A DNA stretch of 64,000 nucleotides. Origin: Candidatus Kaiserbacteria bacterium. GTDB taxonomy: Bacteria; Patescibacteriota; Minisyncoccia; Phycocordibacterales; Phycocordibacteraceae. Location of the stretch: positions 15,090 through 79,089 of the forward strand of contig JARIGN010000032.1 in NCBI GenBank assembly GCA_029288835.1, given 5' to 3'. The position numbers were made by a program, and so were the translations under genes. The notes beneath the pieces were generated by a model that saw only the letters and a list, made by a program, of their open reading frames with translations, had not been told where the DNA came from and searched no databases. The first letter of the stretch is position 1. Every line of letters begins with the position of its first letter. This document shows, one piece after another, positions 28,131 through 39,086 of this stretch.

Positions 28131-30827
28131 TTATTTTTGGGTAAGATCTTGCCGAACCTCCTCAAGCAGCTCAATGATCAGCAGTTCTTCCGAAGAGCCC
28201 GGCTCTTTTTGCATGAGCCCCTCCACCTGCTTCTCCACTGCATCTATTTCTTTTCCGGCAGCTGGTGCAGGCATCTTTTGAAGGCGGGAGAATTCCGCTT
28301 CGACCGCATTCTTATTTAAGTGATGGGTAAGCGCAATATGCTCAAGTAAGGAGAAGAGGGAGCTCAAACTTTTTTGTGGTGTTGTACTTGCTCCTGCGGT
28401 AACAGAGCTCGTCGATCCTGTCCCGAATACATCAACTTGGATAGTGGAAGGGAAAGGGGACGAAGAGCTTGAGGCAGAAGCAGGTGCACTGAGAGTGAAT
28501 TGAGCTGAAGTGCTCGCCGTTGTGGGCACGCTCGAAAATTCTTCCGCAGCATGGATCACACCTTGTGCATCAACCGTGCCGAAGTCGATAGTAGTGAGTC
28601 CATTGTCATAGCCTTGAAGCGAAACCGAATACGATGCCGTGCTCGGCAGGTAGAGATATTTTTCGTCATCAAGAATTTGCAGAGAGCTTCCCGCAATGTT
28701 TTCTTTCTCAATAAAAATTCCAGGCTTGCCGTCGACAGGGAAGATGCCGGTTTGGTTTCCGTCTGCATCCGTTGCGATGAGATTGACGGGAGAGTGCACA
28801 CTCACGACCGTGAGTGGATTCAGTCCTCCGGTTGGCGAAGTACTCGAGAGGTATGGTGTCTGCGAAGTGTTTCCGTTAGTGAGAACATTTTGCAAATAGG
28901 ATTGGATCGGCTGCGCGGAGGTGAGATTACCATGACCAATCTTTCCTTTCTTATCCACTGCAAAACTTTTTGCATTGAAGTATTCCTGCTGCATGTCATT
29001 AGCGACCGCGCTCGTCGACACGACGGTGTTATCACCGCTCTCGGTATTTTTCACCACGTGGGTAACCTGCACTCCATACGCGCACGAGATGCCAAGCGTT
29101 CCTGAACGAAAACAAGAGAGTTGTTTTGAAGGTGCGGCTGTGTAGCTATACTGATAGGGAGTGAGGTTACCCCATCCACTTATCGCATAAGTGGAGATTC
29201 CTTGTGGAGCTTCCCATGCATCAAGCTCAGTATGCGTGGAGGCTTCTTCGGAGAGAAGCGCGTTCGAAAGAACTTGTGGAGTCCGTTCATCACTCGCCGG
29301 GAACTTCGCATGGAGTCCGAACGAGTCAGTGAGAAAGGAAGAAAGTTGTGAGAGGGAAGAGATCGAGGGCCCATAATTTTTGGCGAAGAGGTCGGTGGCA
29401 GGATCTCCCGGAAAGAGAACCGGATGATCGGCATCGTGCGCGAAGTATTGTGCCGATGGAAGAAGTCCATACATGCCAGGGAGTGTTGCGGCTACCTGTC
29501 GCACATTGCCGCCATACATAACGAGCCCACCCGTTGCATCAGTTTGACCATCACCATTAAGAAGTGAACCGACGGTGAGAGGTGTGCCATATTGCGGCGA
29601 GCCCACGAAGATCACCCGGTCAACTAAATTTGCTTCTCCTTTTTTCGCGAGATATCGCGTGAGTGCTTTCGCCAGCAGGCCACCATTTGAGTGCGCGATG
29701 ATGCTTACCTTTCCGCTCGGTGAAGACGAAGCAAGTGCCTGCACCACGTTCTCCAAATAACTTCGGCTAAAGCTACCCGTCGGTTGCCCCACGAGCGTGC
29801 CATTCTGCACAACGCTCTCTACATCCTGCCGCCAGTCATAGGGATAGGCCTGCCATTTCGTAATGGAGCCGGCGTTCACTAGACCATTGAGAAAACTTTC
29901 AAAGGGTCCATATACATCACCAAGTGCTTTTTGCCCGTATACATAGTCGACAAGGTCACGTGTATATACCTGCTGCTGGCTCGTCGAGCCGTCGGCATTC
30001 ATGGTTAGGTTATTCAGACCGGAAAGGAATTGTGGCTCCCACAATGTTTGTTCCGCGCCCTTTGCATTCCTCATATATAAGCGGCTCCCTTCTATTCCCG
30101 GAAGAAAGAGGACATTTGATGACTTAAACACTGGAGCTGCGGTGCCCGTTATGCTAAACCGGAGGCCGCCATATGCATCAGGCTTATAATCATAATAGTC
30201 TGGGGCATCGAGCGGTGTGGCAAAAAAGCCTTCTACCTGCTCAAGGGTGTACGGTGGTGCGCAGTCTTCCTGCCAGTCTGGATCATTTGGGCACATTGTC
30301 TGCGGATCTACATAGAAACCGTCAGGAAGGTAGGCTGCCAGGAAGTAATTTCCTGCTTCGGGAAGGGAAACCGACACTTGTCCTATAGGCTTTCCGCTGA
30401 TGTTCCAGCTTTTGATGAGCGTAGTAGTGCTCGAAAATGGTGTGCCTTCCCATAAGCCCAGATACAGCTGCTGTTCGACAAGCGTTTCGTTAAAAAGTTG
30501 GCTGTTTATGGCAGCTGAAACAGCGTGATTAGGCCAATCTGCCATATTACTTACTTGATACGAAATAATGAAGGGTTTTGCGAGTGATCCTGTACTGCTG
30601 GAGGTATCTAATATAGGTGTGAATGAGTTTACAGTGCCTGATTGGCTTGTCGAAGCGGTAAAGACTAGGTTTTGCTGGCTTAAGAACACATCGGGAGCTG
30701 GTCCGCCAAAAGTTATATCCTGCGCATGAGCGATTCCAGAAAATGCGAGAAGGGACACAGGAATGGATAAAATTACATATAATATTGTATGCACGAGCCC
30801 TTTTTGAACGATTTTGTTGGTTTCCAT
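28131..30827 (-). CDS. Large secreted alpha/beta-hydrolase (LCAT/phospholipase-like)
   Basis: Signal peptide (AHA); LFLPGIEGSRL, YPYDWR, IAHSNGG nucleophile elbow, GDNTV, HGNL. Confidence 0.82.
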   Translation of the reverse strand: METNKIVQKGLVHTILYVILSIPVSLLAFSGIAHAQDITFGGPAPDVFLSQQNLVFTASTSQSGTVNSFTPILDTSSSTGSLAKPFIISYQVSNMADWPNHAVSAAINSQLFNETLVEQQLYLGLWEGTPFSSTTTLIKSWNISGKPIGQVSVSLPEAGNYFLAAYLPDGFYVDPQTMCPNDPDWQEDCAPPYTLEQVEGFFATPLDAPDYYDYKPDAYGGLRFSITGTAAPVFKSSNVLFLPGIEGSRLYMRNAKGAEQTLWEPQFLSGLNNLTMNADGSTSQQQVYTRDLVDYVYGQKALGDVYGPFESFLNGLVNAGSITKWQAYPYDWRQDVESVVQNGTLVGQPTGSFSRSYLENVVQALASSSPSGKVSIIAHSNGGLLAKALTRYLAKKGEANLVDRVIFVGSPQYGTPLTVGSLLNGDGQTDATGGLVMYGGNVRQVAATLPGMYGLLPSAQYFAHDADHPVLFPGDPATDLFAKNYGPSISSLSQLSSFLTDSFGLHAKFPASDERTPQVLSNALLSEEASTHTELDAWEAPQGISTYAISGWGNLTPYQYSYTAAPSKQLSCFRSGTLGISCAYGVQVTHVVKNTESGDNTVVSTSAVANDMQQEYFNAKSFAVDKKGKIGHGNLTSAQPIQSYLQNVLTNGNTSQTPYLSSTSPTGGLNPLTVVSVHSPVNLIATDADGNQTGIFPVDGKPGIFIEKENIAGSSLQILDDEKYLYLPSTASYSVSLQGYDNGLTTIDFGTVDAQGVIHAAEEFSSVPTTASTSAQFTLSAPASASSSSSPFPSTIQVDVFGTGSTSSVTAGASTTPQKSLSSLFSLLEHIALTHHLNKNAVEAEFSRLQKMPAPAAGKEIDAVEKQVEGLMQKEPGSSEELLIIELLEEVRQDLTQK

Positions 30828-30936
30828 ACCTTCAGGGTAGGAAATGGGCTATCAAGAAACGCTCAAGAAGTTCTAAAGTTCTGCTGAGTTTTTGACTTTC
30901 CTTCGAAGCGTTTCATCCTGAATTTCCTCGGCATAT

Positions 30937-30965
30937 TTGCATTTATTTATGCTTTCTTATATAGT
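30937..30965 (+). promoter_or_regulatory. rpsL promoter
   Basis: TTGCAT-17-TATAGT followed by a CTCTCC/GGAGAG leader hairpin. Confidence 0.65.
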
Positions 30966-31000
30966 TTCCCTAGCTCTCCGAGGGAGAGTTTTTAAGTCGC

Positions 31001-31411
31001 ATGGCAACAATCAACCAGCTCACCAAAAAGCGCCGCAAGGACAAGTCAACCAAGACGAAAGTCGTGGCTCTTTCTCGTGGCTTTAATGCACTTAAGAACC
31101 GCCCTACCTTCTACCCATCTCCTTTTAAGCGTGGTGTTTGCACGAAAGTGACCACCAAGACTCCCCGCAAGCCAAACTCAGCTATCCGAAAGATTGCCCG
31201 TGTTCGCCTCACGAACGGCATGGAAGTGACCGCCTACATCCCCGGTGAAGGCCACAACCTCCAGGAACACTCCGTGGTTATGCTCCGCGGCGGCCGTGTG
31301 AAGGACATTGGTGTGCAGTACACGATCGTGCGTGGTCGCCTCGACACCGCAGGTCTTGATAAGCGCCGCCGCTCACGCTCACGCTATGGTGCAAAGCGCC
31401 CTAAATCATAG
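31001..31411 (+). CDS. rpsL: 30S ribosomal protein S12
   Basis: [28 protein letters not shown]. Confidence 0.99.
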   Translation: MATINQLTKKRRKDKSTKTKVVALSRGFNALKNRPTFYPSPFKRGVCTKVTTKTPRKPNSAIRKIARVRLTNGMEVTAYIPGEGHNLQEHSVVMLRGGRVKDIGVQYTIVRGRLDTAGLDKRRRSRSRYGAKRPKS

Positions 31412-31429
31412 TTTTAATACGTAATTCCT

Positions 31430-31900
31430 ATGCGACGCCCAATAAAAAACAAGCCAGTACGCCGACCAGACCTCGTCTACAACTCAGAGGCTATTTCTCG
31501 CTTCATCAACACGGTAATGCTTGATGGCAAGAAAGATACTGCCCGAAAGGTGGTCTATGATGCTCTCGACCTCCTTAAAAAGAGCGAAGGTGAGCCAGAT
31601 CCTCTTGAAACGTTTGAAACGGCTATCCGCAACGTGGCTCCTTTGATGGAAGTGCGCTCACGCCGCGTCGGTGGTGCAAACTACCAGGTTCCGCGCGAAG
31701 TTCCCCAGCAGCGCCGCATTTCTCTCGCATACCGCTGGCTCATTAATGCTGCACGCAACAAAAAGGGAAAGCCTATGGCTGAAAAGCTCGCAGAGCAGAT
31801 TCTCCTTGCCGCAAAGAACGAAGGCGAAGCAATCAAGAAAAAGGAAGACATGCACCGCATGGCAGAGAGCAACAAGGCGTTCGCGCACTTTGCGTGGTAG
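31430..31900 (+). CDS. rpsG: 30S ribosomal protein S7
   Basis: EVRSRRVGGANYQVP, NKAFAHF. Confidence 0.99.
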   Translation: MRRPIKNKPVRRPDLVYNSEAISRFINTVMLDGKKDTARKVVYDALDLLKKSEGEPDPLETFETAIRNVAPLMEVRSRRVGGANYQVPREVPQQRRISLAYRWLINAARNKKGKPMAEKLAEQILLAAKNEGEAIKKKEDMHRMAESNKAFAHFAW

Positions 31901-31958
31901 TTTCTCCCCATTTAGCCTAGGCTTTTGCAACGAATTGCCGAGGTAGTGCGTTATAAAT

Positions 31959-31987
31959 AATAAGGACCTTGGGTCCTTATTTCTTTT
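31959..31987 (+). terminator. Hairpin after rpsG
   Basis: AATAAGGACC-ttg-GGTCCTTATT followed by TCTTTT. Confidence 0.6.
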
Positions 31988-32006
31988 CACCGTGTTTGAG
32001 GACGTG

Positions 32007-32171
32007 ATGACCGATCAAGAAAATCAAAAGTCAGGGGAACAGTCTCACGTCGAAGAAATCGACGGCACAAGTGACTGCGATTATCCAGCATCTGCTGAAC
32101 GGCGTGAGCTTTCGCCGCAGGAAGTGCTTGACCGGCTCTCCTTAACTGAGCGCCTGACGTTGATTTCCTAA
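32007..32171 (+). CDS. 54-aa acidic ORFan, below the ORF-track cutoff
   Basis: MTDQENQKSGEQSHVEEIDG...LTLIS*; SD GAGGA; terminator-like hairpin at 32190-32217. Confidence 0.5.
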   Translation: MTDQENQKSGEQSHVEEIDGTSDCDYPASAERRELSPQEVLDRLSLTERLTLIS

Positions 32172-32267
32172 CCCAATGAACCTTCTTTGAGCCTGCGCGT
32201 GCGCGGGCTCGCTTTTTATTAAGAAGGAGTATAATGAAGGCACTTACTCAATTTATATATATAGGAT

Positions 32268-32525
32268 ATGGAAGAAATAAAAATAGGAGGAAAAAAGTGG
32301 CAGTCTGACTGGAAATCACCAGTTTCTCTCGGTATTTTCTTTGCAGGCGCAGGGCTAGCCTTCTTTGTGGTGGCATGGGTACTCCTTAACATTATTGGCA
32401 GCTATGAGACCCTAAAGTCTCAATCAAGCAGCGCAATGACTGAACAGGAAATGCAGCAGATTGAGCAGAGTGCAGCATCAGCCCCAGCAACTACTGGCTC
32501 GACTGGAAGCGCAGCAACTCACTAG
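32268..32525 (+). CDS. Small membrane protein
   Basis: One TM segment; TATAAT upstream; terminator at 32542-32575. Confidence 0.65.
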   Translation: MEEIKIGGKKWQSDWKSPVSLGIFFAGAGLAFFVVAWVLLNIIGSYETLKSQSSSAMTEQEMQQIEQSAASAPATTGSTGSAATH

Positions 32526-32541
32526 TTCCCTTTATTGTTTT

Positions 32542-32575
32542 TAAGGAAAAGCCGCTTCATAGCGGCTTTTCCTTA
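32542..32575. terminator. Intrinsic terminator
   Basis: TAAGGAAAAGCCGCT-tcat-AGCGGCTTTTCCTTA. Confidence 0.8.
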
Positions 32576-32637
32576 TTCTTGCTAAGGTGGTAAGGCCCTT
32601 GGCTGTAGGGTGCGTACCTTAGTAGTGGAGTTTGGTT

Positions 32638-32853
32638 GTGAGTACTGATGCAGAAAAGACTTATCGCAAGAGCCGTCGGGGGTTCGCCGCAATGGATCCT
32701 GATAAGCGGCGTGAGATTGCCCGCCGTGGTGGATCCTCGGTGCCCTCCGAGAAGCGAAGCTTCTCACAGAATCACGATCTGGCTGCTGAAGCAGGCCGGA
32801 AGGGAGGGAGTGCCTCCCGTGGTGGCGGAAGAAAGCCTCGTTCGCCGGTCTGA
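32638..32853 (+). CDS. KGG-repeat general stress protein (YciG/GsiB/Con-10-like)
   Basis: RGFAAMDPDKRREIARRGG...RSFSQNHDLAAEAGRKGG; GTG start after GGAG. Confidence 0.85.
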   Translation: MSTDAEKTYRKSRRGFAAMDPDKRREIARRGGSSVPSEKRSFSQNHDLAAEAGRKGGSASRGGGRKPRSPV

Positions 32854-32901
32854 AATTCACCTCATACTGAGCCCCTCGCACCGCGTGCGAGGGGACTTTT
32901 C

Positions 32902-32930
32902 TTGCCTTTTAGCTCAGTTTTCAGTATTCT
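32902..32930 (+). promoter_or_regulatory. fusA promoter
   Basis: TTGCCT-17-TATTCT directly after a terminator hairpin at about 32870-32900. Confidence 0.55.
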
Positions 32931-33020
32931 ATGAGTAACAGCGCAGGAGCGTTTTTTATTTTACGACCTGTTTGGCTATTAATAATCCCTTGGCTTTGCC
33001 AATAACCCATTTATTCGTGT

Positions 33021-35168
33021 ATGAACCGTGATTATCCTCTCGAGAAAGTGCGCAATTTCGGCATCGTGGCCCATGTGGACGCGGGCAAGACCACCACGTC
33101 TGAGCGTGTGCTTTTCTATACCGGCTCCCAGCACAAGATCGGCGAGGTGCATGAGGGAGAGACCACGACGGACTGGATGGAACAGGAGCGCGAGCGCGGT
33201 ATCACTATCACCGCTGCAGCTATCACCTGCTTCTGGACCAAATCACTTGAGCCGGATAAGAAAGATGTTTCTAAGAAGTACCGCTTCAACGTGATCGACA
33301 CTCCAGGCCACATCGACTTCACTGCGGAAGTGAAGCGTTCAATGCGCGTGCTTGACGGCGCAATCGTGGTGTTCGACGGTGTTGCGGGCGTAGAGCCGCA
33401 GTCAGAAACCAACTGGCGTTATGCAGACGAAGCTGGCGTGCCGCGCGTTTGTTTCATTAATAAGCTCGACCGCACCGGCGCTTCTTTTGAGGATTCCTAT
33501 AAGTCTATTCTTGATCGTCTCTCCAAGAAAGCAGTGCGCATGCAGATCCCTATCGGTGCGGAAGGTGACTTCGAAGGTGTCGTAGACCTTCTCGCAATGA
33601 AGGCATACACCTTCACCGGAAACATGGGTGAAGAGGTGGTTGAAGGTGAAATTCCAACGCATCTCGTAGAAGATGCGAAGAAATACCGTGCAGAGCTCGT
33701 TGAGCGCATTGTTGAGCATGATGAGGCAGCTATGGCAGCTTTCTTTGAAGGTAATGAACCAAGCATTGGTGAGCTTAAGGGCATCCTTCGCAAGGCAGTT
33801 ATTGCGAATGAAATCTTCCCGGTCTATACCGGCTCAGCACTTAAGAACAAAGGCGTGCAGCTCGTGCTCGATGCGGTGGTGGATTACCTCCCATCACCGC
33901 TCGACCTTCCTCCTGTTCGCGGTATTAACCCAAAAACTGAAGAGGAAATTGAGCGAAAGCCTTCTGATGATGAGCCTTTTACCGCACTTGCTTTCAAGCT
34001 CCAGACCGACCCATTCGTGGGAGCACTCACATTCTTCCGTGTCTATGCCGGTACCGTCACGGCTGGTTCCTACGTATACAACAGTACTTCTGGCACTAAG
34101 GAACGTGTTGGTCGCATCGTGCGTCTTCAGGCAGACAAGCGCGAGGAAGTGGAAAAGGTCTTCACGGGAGAAATCGCAGCGATGGTGGGCCTTAAGGACA
34201 CCAAGACCTCGCATACGCTTTGCGATGAGGCAAACCCTATCATCCTCGAGCAGATCAAATTCCCTGAGCCAGTGGTATCGCTCCGCATTGAACCAAAGAC
34301 CAAGGCAGACCAAGAGAAAATGGGTATGGCCCTCAAGAAGCTATCTGATGAAGACCCAACCTTCAAGGTTTCAACTGATGACGAAACGATGGAGACCATC
34401 ATCTCAGGTATGGGTGAGCTTCACCTCGAAATTCTTGTGGACCGCATGCAGCGCGAGTTTAACGTGGGTGCAAACGTTGGGAAGCCGCAGGTGGCATACC
34501 GTGAGACCATCATGGGCAGTGCAGACGCAGAAGGGAAGTACATCAAGCAGACGGGTGGTAAAGGTCAGTATGGTCACGTGAAGATTAAGATGAAGCACCT
34601 TGAGCCAGTTGATCCTGAAGCAAAGGTGGCAAAGAATGTGACGCGTGAAGCAAACTTCGAGTTCATCAACAACATTAAGGGAGGTGCTATTCCTGGCGAA
34701 TACATCCCTGCGGTTGAAAAAGGTATGCGCGAGTCGCTCCACCGCGGTATTCTCGCCGGCTATCCTATCGTTGATGTGTCCATCGACCTCTATGACGGCT
34801 CATACCACGATGTGGACTCCTCTGAAATTGCCTTCAAGATCGCTGCATCTATGGCCTTCCAGGAAGCTGCCCAGAAGGCAAAGCCGGTCATCCTTGAGCC
34901 TATTATGAACGTGGAAGTGGTGGTTCCTGAGCAGTTTATGGGTGACATCACCGGCTCGCTCTCCGGAAAGCGTGGTTCTATCGAGGGCATGGAAGACCGT
35001 GGTATGAACAAGGCTATTCATGCGAAAGTACCGCTTTCTGAAATGTTCGGCTACACCACGACGCTTCGCTCCATGACGGAAGGCCGCGGCTCCATGACTA
35101 TGGAATTCGACCACTACGAAGTAGTGCCGCAGAATGTTGCGAATGAGATCATCGCAAGCAGGAAGTAA
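33021..35168 (+). CDS. fusA: Elongation factor G
   Basis: [41 protein letters not shown]. Confidence 0.99.
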   Translation: MNRDYPLEKVRNFGIVAHVDAGKTTTSERVLFYTGSQHKIGEVHEGETTTDWMEQERERGITITAAAITCFWTKSLEPDKKDVSKKYRFNVIDTPGHIDFTAEVKRSMRVLDGAIVVFDGVAGVEPQSETNWRYADEAGVPRVCFINKLDRTGASFEDSYKSILDRLSKKAVRMQIPIGAEGDFEGVVDLLAMKAYTFTGNMGEEVVEGEIPTHLVEDAKKYRAELVERIVEHDEAAMAAFFEGNEPSIGELKGILRKAVIANEIFPVYTGSALKNKGVQLVLDAVVDYLPSPLDLPPVRGINPKTEEEIERKPSDDEPFTALAFKLQTDPFVGALTFFRVYAGTVTAGSYVYNSTSGTKERVGRIVRLQADKREEVEKVFTGEIAAMVGLKDTKTSHTLCDEANPIILEQIKFPEPVVSLRIEPKTKADQEKMGMALKKLSDEDPTFKVSTDDETMETIISGMGELHLEILVDRMQREFNVGANVGKPQVAYRETIMGSADAEGKYIKQTGGKGQYGHVKIKMKHLEPVDPEAKVAKNVTREANFEFINNIKGGAIPGEYIPAVEKGMRESLHRGILAGYPIVDVSIDLYDGSYHDVDSSEIAFKIAASMAFQEAAQKAKPVILEPIMNVEVVVPEQFMGDITGSLSGKRGSIEGMEDRGMNKAIHAKVPLSEMFGYTTTLRSMTEGRGSMTMEFDHYEVVPQNVANEIIASRK

Positions 35169-35185
35169 AAACCTTCGTAGTTACT

Positions 35186-35222
35186 AAACAAAACAGGCCC
35201 AGGTTCAGGGTCTGTTTTGTTT
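35186..35222 (+). terminator. Terminator after fusA
   Basis: AAACAAAACAGGCCC...GGGTCTGTTTTGTTT. Confidence 0.8.
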
Positions 35223-35243
35223 TATGGCTGCTATACTTCTAGT

Positions 35244-37109
35244 ATGAGTGTTGAGAAAGCTCCAATAAGTAGTAAAGAATCCTTAGGAACTTCTTTAGCG
35301 ACAAGTGAAAAAGCCAATAGACTTCCTGCTGCCGATTTGCGTGATGCTGCTTATACAAATACCTCGTATAGGGATGAGGATATTTCACGAGAGATAGCAA
35401 GGATTGATGCAGAAAGGGAAAGTTTGCGTTTAGGGTTAGAGGCATATGGACGCTCAAGTACTACGCCTCCAGTAGCTATCGAAGCGCCTTCAGCCGAGCC
35501 ATTTATTGCAAAACAAAGACTTAAATCGATACGTGACTTACCAAGCGGAACCACTGAAGAGCGCGCTGAGCGCAGAAAGACGCTTACCGAATTTAAAAAA
35601 ACCTTGCAGGAACAACGTGAAGCAATGGCAGCGTATAGAAATGATGTTGAGAAAATTTTACTTTCCAATCCAGATGCTCCTACTCCTGAACTATTGAGAA
35701 AATTAGATGAGTATGAGAAGAAACATAGATTTTCTCCTGAAGAACGCCAGGTCGTTACTAGACTTTTTACTAATTACAAAGATGCACGAGAAAAGGCAAA
35801 AGAACTGAGAAATTCAATATCCGACGATAGAGAATTGGTCCGTTCTGTAACAGGTGTAGAAGTACCTCAGGGTAAAAACGTTGAAGTTGTCCTAGGACCC
35901 ATGAATATTGTTATCAACACCGATCAAGAAACAGCGCAGCTCTTGTATGGCGGGTACCGACGAGACGTCTTTGAAGTGAATGGTTTTAAAAGTCTATCCC
36001 CCGACGGAGTTTATTTTACGGTGATTAACAAAGATAGTCCCGAAGCAAAAACTATTTTAGAACATGAGCAACAACATGTGATTAATGATCTTTTCCAAAA
36101 AGAGTTCGAAAAGGACACGGAGATTGTTCGACTTGAACTTAACGGAAAATATAGAAGAGAAACTGATCCAGTCAAAAAAAAGGAAACTGCAATTGAGTTA
36201 ATGAATTCATCAAATAAGTGGGCGTATGAGAGAGCTAAAGATGAAATCTTCGCAACTCTGACTGATCCTGCATGGTTAAATTCACGTCTGCGTCCTTTGC
36301 TAAAACCAAATAATGGTTCTCCTTACGATTATCTTAAGGCAATGCGTGAGTTACAAGGTAATGATCCACTCTGGAACTCTCTTTCAGAGGAAATTATGGT
36401 GAAGGAATATAGTGAAACAGTGGATAAGGCGGTGACTATTGCGAGTGACTTAACTCGTATTTTAGCGCCAAAAGAAATTATTGCGCTCCTGGCTGATGAG
36501 CCACTGGAGCGATGGTCAATTGCAGCGAGTCGCATTTATCAGGAAAAATTACATGATGCAACAATAAAAGCTAAAGAAGTAAAAGACATTAAGGAGAGGC
36601 TCGACAAAATCGCAGAAGGTCGAGAAGGTGCAGAACAAAAGGGAGAATCCTACGAAAAACACGATGCCCATGATGCTAAAAACACTCACACAGGATCTCA
36701 TGGCCATGGCAAACATGGCCATGAAAGTCATGGACATGGTGGTCATGGGCACGCTTTAAGTGCCAAAGATTATGGGATATTAGGTGGTGCAATAGCTGCA
36801 GCTGGCTTAGGAGAGTGGGCGGTAACCTCTATAATTATGGCTTCTCCTGTGGGCCCACTCATACCAGCTTCTCTTGCCGCGGTAGGCTTACCTGTTACAG
36901 GTTTTTGGGGAGGAGCGTTAGTCTGGTCTGGTGCTATCGGAGTCGCGATGCTAGGAGGCTCACTTCTTTATGCTTTTTGGAAATATAAAGACGTATTATG
37001 GGGAGAGCTCTCTAAGGCGGCAGGCGGAAGTGGCGGAGGTGGATCAAAACCCGCGCCTAAAAAGGCTGCAGGTGGTGGAGGTGGTGGAGATCATGGTCAT
37101 GGCCACTAA
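35244..37109 (+). CDS. Hypothetical protein with an HExxH motif, His-rich tracts and C-terminal TM segments
   Basis: LEHEQQH...KDEIFA; HGHGKHGHESHGHGGHGH; Gly-rich hydrophobic C-terminus; AT-richer than its flanks. Confidence 0.75.
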   Translation: MSVEKAPISSKESLGTSLATSEKANRLPAADLRDAAYTNTSYRDEDISREIARIDAERESLRLGLEAYGRSSTTPPVAIEAPSAEPFIAKQRLKSIRDLPSGTTEERAERRKTLTEFKKTLQEQREAMAAYRNDVEKILLSNPDAPTPELLRKLDEYEKKHRFSPEERQVVTRLFTNYKDAREKAKELRNSISDDRELVRSVTGVEVPQGKNVEVVLGPMNIVINTDQETAQLLYGGYRRDVFEVNGFKSLSPDGVYFTVINKDSPEAKTILEHEQQHVINDLFQKEFEKDTEIVRLELNGKYRRETDPVKKKETAIELMNSSNKWAYERAKDEIFATLTDPAWLNSRLRPLLKPNNGSPYDYLKAMRELQGNDPLWNSLSEEIMVKEYSETVDKAVTIASDLTRILAPKEIIALLADEPLERWSIAASRIYQEKLHDATIKAKEVKDIKERLDKIAEGREGAEQKGESYEKHDAHDAKNTHTGSHGHGKHGHESHGHGGHGHALSAKDYGILGGAIAAAGLGEWAVTSIIMASPVGPLIPASLAAVGLPVTGFWGGALVWSGAIGVAMLGGSLLYAFWKYKDVLWGELSKAAGGSGGGGSKPAPKKAAGGGGGGDHGHGH

Positions 37110-37136
37110 CAGTGCCGATTAAAGGTACATAAACGC

Positions 37137-37165
37137 TTGACCTTTCTTTAAGCCCGCGGTACCTT
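37137..37165 (+). promoter_or_regulatory. tuf promoter
   Basis: TTGACC-17-TACCTT. Confidence 0.55.
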
Positions 37166-37231
37166 TAGCTATAACGCGAGAGCGGCATTGTTTTTTATCC
37201 TTATCATTATTTATCCTTAATATTTACCACT

Positions 37232-38437
37232 ATGGCAGCAGAAGCTTTCGATCGCAGCAAGCCGCACATGAACGTGGGCACCATCGGCCACGTTGACCAC
37301 GGCAAGACTACGCTCACCGCAGGTATTCTTAACGTTCTCAACCTTAACAAGGACAAGGGGTATAGGGCACGCGTTGAAAACGTCGATTCTATCGACAACG
37401 CGCCTGAAGAAAAGGCTCGTGGAATCACGATCGCACTCCACCACTCGGAGTACGAGACGCCAAACCGTCACTATGCTCACATTGACGCTCCAGGTCACGC
37501 CGACTACATCAAAAACATGATCACCGGTGCTGCCCAGATGGACGGCGCGGTGCTCGTAGTTGCAGCGACTGACGGCGCAATGCCTCAGACCCGTGAGCAC
37601 ATCCTTCTTGCAAAGCAGGTTGGTGTGCCCCGCCTTATTGTCTTCTTGAACAAGGTAGACATGGTTGATGACCAGGACATGGTTGACCTCGTTGAAGAGG
37701 AAATGCGCGACCTCCTTACGAAGCAGGGCTTCGACGGCGCAAACACGCCAGTTATCAAGGGTTCAGGCCTTAAGGCGCTTGAAGCGACTTCCGCTGACGA
37801 CCAGTGGGCACTTAAGGTGAAGGAGCTCGTCGACACGATGGACTCATACTTCCCAGACCCTGTTCGTGAGACCGACAAGCCATTCCTTATGCCTATCGAG
37901 GACATCTTCTCGATCGAAGGTCGCGGAACCGTGGTAACCGGCCGCATCGAGCGCGGTATCGTAAAGGTGGGTGAAGAAGTTGAAATCGTTGGTATCAAGG
38001 ACACCACGAAGACCACCGTTACCGGTATCGAAATGTTCAACAAGCAGCTCCAGGAAGGTCAGGCTGGCGACAACGCTGGTATCCTCCTCCGCGGTACCAA
38101 GAAGGAAGACGTACACCGCGGTCAGGTGCTTTCCAAGAGTGGTTCTGTGAAGCCGCACACTGAGTTCGAAGCAGAGGTATACATCCTCGGCAAGGACGAA
38201 GGAGGTCGCCACACCCCATTCTTCTCAGGCTACAAGCCTCAGTTCTATGTTCGCACCACGGACGTAACCGGCGAAGTGACCCTTCCAGAAGGAAAGGAAA
38301 TGGTTATGCCAGGCGACACTGTTACCTTCAAGGTGAAGCTCACCGCGCCTATCGCGCTTGAGGACAACACCCGCTTCGCTATCCGCGAAGGAGGCCGAAC
38401 GGTTGGTGCAGGTGTGGTAACGAAGATTGTTGCGTAA
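37232..38437 (+). CDS. tuf: Elongation factor Tu
   Basis: [39 protein letters not shown]. Confidence 0.99.
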   Translation: MAAEAFDRSKPHMNVGTIGHVDHGKTTLTAGILNVLNLNKDKGYRARVENVDSIDNAPEEKARGITIALHHSEYETPNRHYAHIDAPGHADYIKNMITGAAQMDGAVLVVAATDGAMPQTREHILLAKQVGVPRLIVFLNKVDMVDDQDMVDLVEEEMRDLLTKQGFDGANTPVIKGSGLKALEATSADDQWALKVKELVDTMDSYFPDPVRETDKPFLMPIEDIFSIEGRGTVVTGRIERGIVKVGEEVEIVGIKDTTKTTVTGIEMFNKQLQEGQAGDNAGILLRGTKKEDVHRGQVLSKSGSVKPHTEFEAEVYILGKDEGGRHTPFFSGYKPQFYVRTTDVTGEVTLPEGKEMVMPGDTVTFKVKLTAPIALEDNTRFAIREGGRTVGAGVVTKIVA

Positions 38438-38457
38438 GCACGATTAAATCGCATTCC

Positions 38458-38491
38458 AAAACAAGGCCGCGCTTTTGCGCGGCCTTGTTTT
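38458..38491 (+). terminator. Terminator after tuf
   Basis: AAAACAAGGCCGCGC-tttt-GCGCGGCCTTGTTTT. Confidence 0.85.
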
Positions 38492-38552
38492 ATTTTAGAG
38501 GTACCGTATGTTGAGAATGGAATTGTCGAGATTCGACAAAGGAGAAAAGACA

Positions 38553-38996
38553 ATGTATGCAAGTTGGAAACTCAATACCTATTTGCTGATTCTGCAGCTT
38601 ATCGTCGGCACCTTTGCATATCTCTTTACGTTCGACCTTAGCCTCGCGTTCGGAGTGGTAGTAATGATGACCTGCTATGGCTACGTATCCGCTCTTGTAT
38701 TTCATTGGCTATTTCCTGAAAATTCGTTTAGTGTCGTGTGTATGAGCGTATTGATTCCATTCTTGGGTTGGGCATATGGAGTGTTCTATAGGCACTTCCC
38801 ATTGATTGCTACTACAGAATGCTTGTTTTTAGTCCTATGCCTTTTTGGCAACTCACTTATTATTGCCTCAATTAATAACACCAAAGACGAGCGTTTCTGG
38901 AAGATAGTATTGGCGTCACTACCACTTGGAATAGGATTTTTGCTGGGTGGCCTGATGCTTTTGCCTCGGCTCCGCGCGAGATCGGCTACGATCTAG
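38553..38996 (+). CDS. Multi-pass membrane ORFan
   Basis: Strong SD AAAGGAG before ATG 38553; about 5 hydrophobic segments; hairpin at 39004-39030. Confidence 0.65.
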   Translation: MYASWKLNTYLLILQLIVGTFAYLFTFDLSLAFGVVVMMTCYGYVSALVFHWLFPENSFSVVCMSVLIPFLGWAYGVFYRHFPLIATTECLFLVLCLFGNSLIIASINNTKDERFWKIVLASLPLGIGFLLGGLMLLPRLRARSATI

Positions 38997-39043
38997 GCTT
39001 ACAGGGCGCGTCCGCAAGGGCGCGCCTATTTCTTTAAATAAGC

Positions 39044-39072
39044 TTGCATTTTAAAAGGGTTTAGTGCATACT
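39044..39072 (+). promoter_or_regulatory. rpsJ promoter
   Basis: TTGCAT-17-CATACT. Confidence 0.5.
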
Positions 39073-39086
39073 CACCAGTACGTTCT

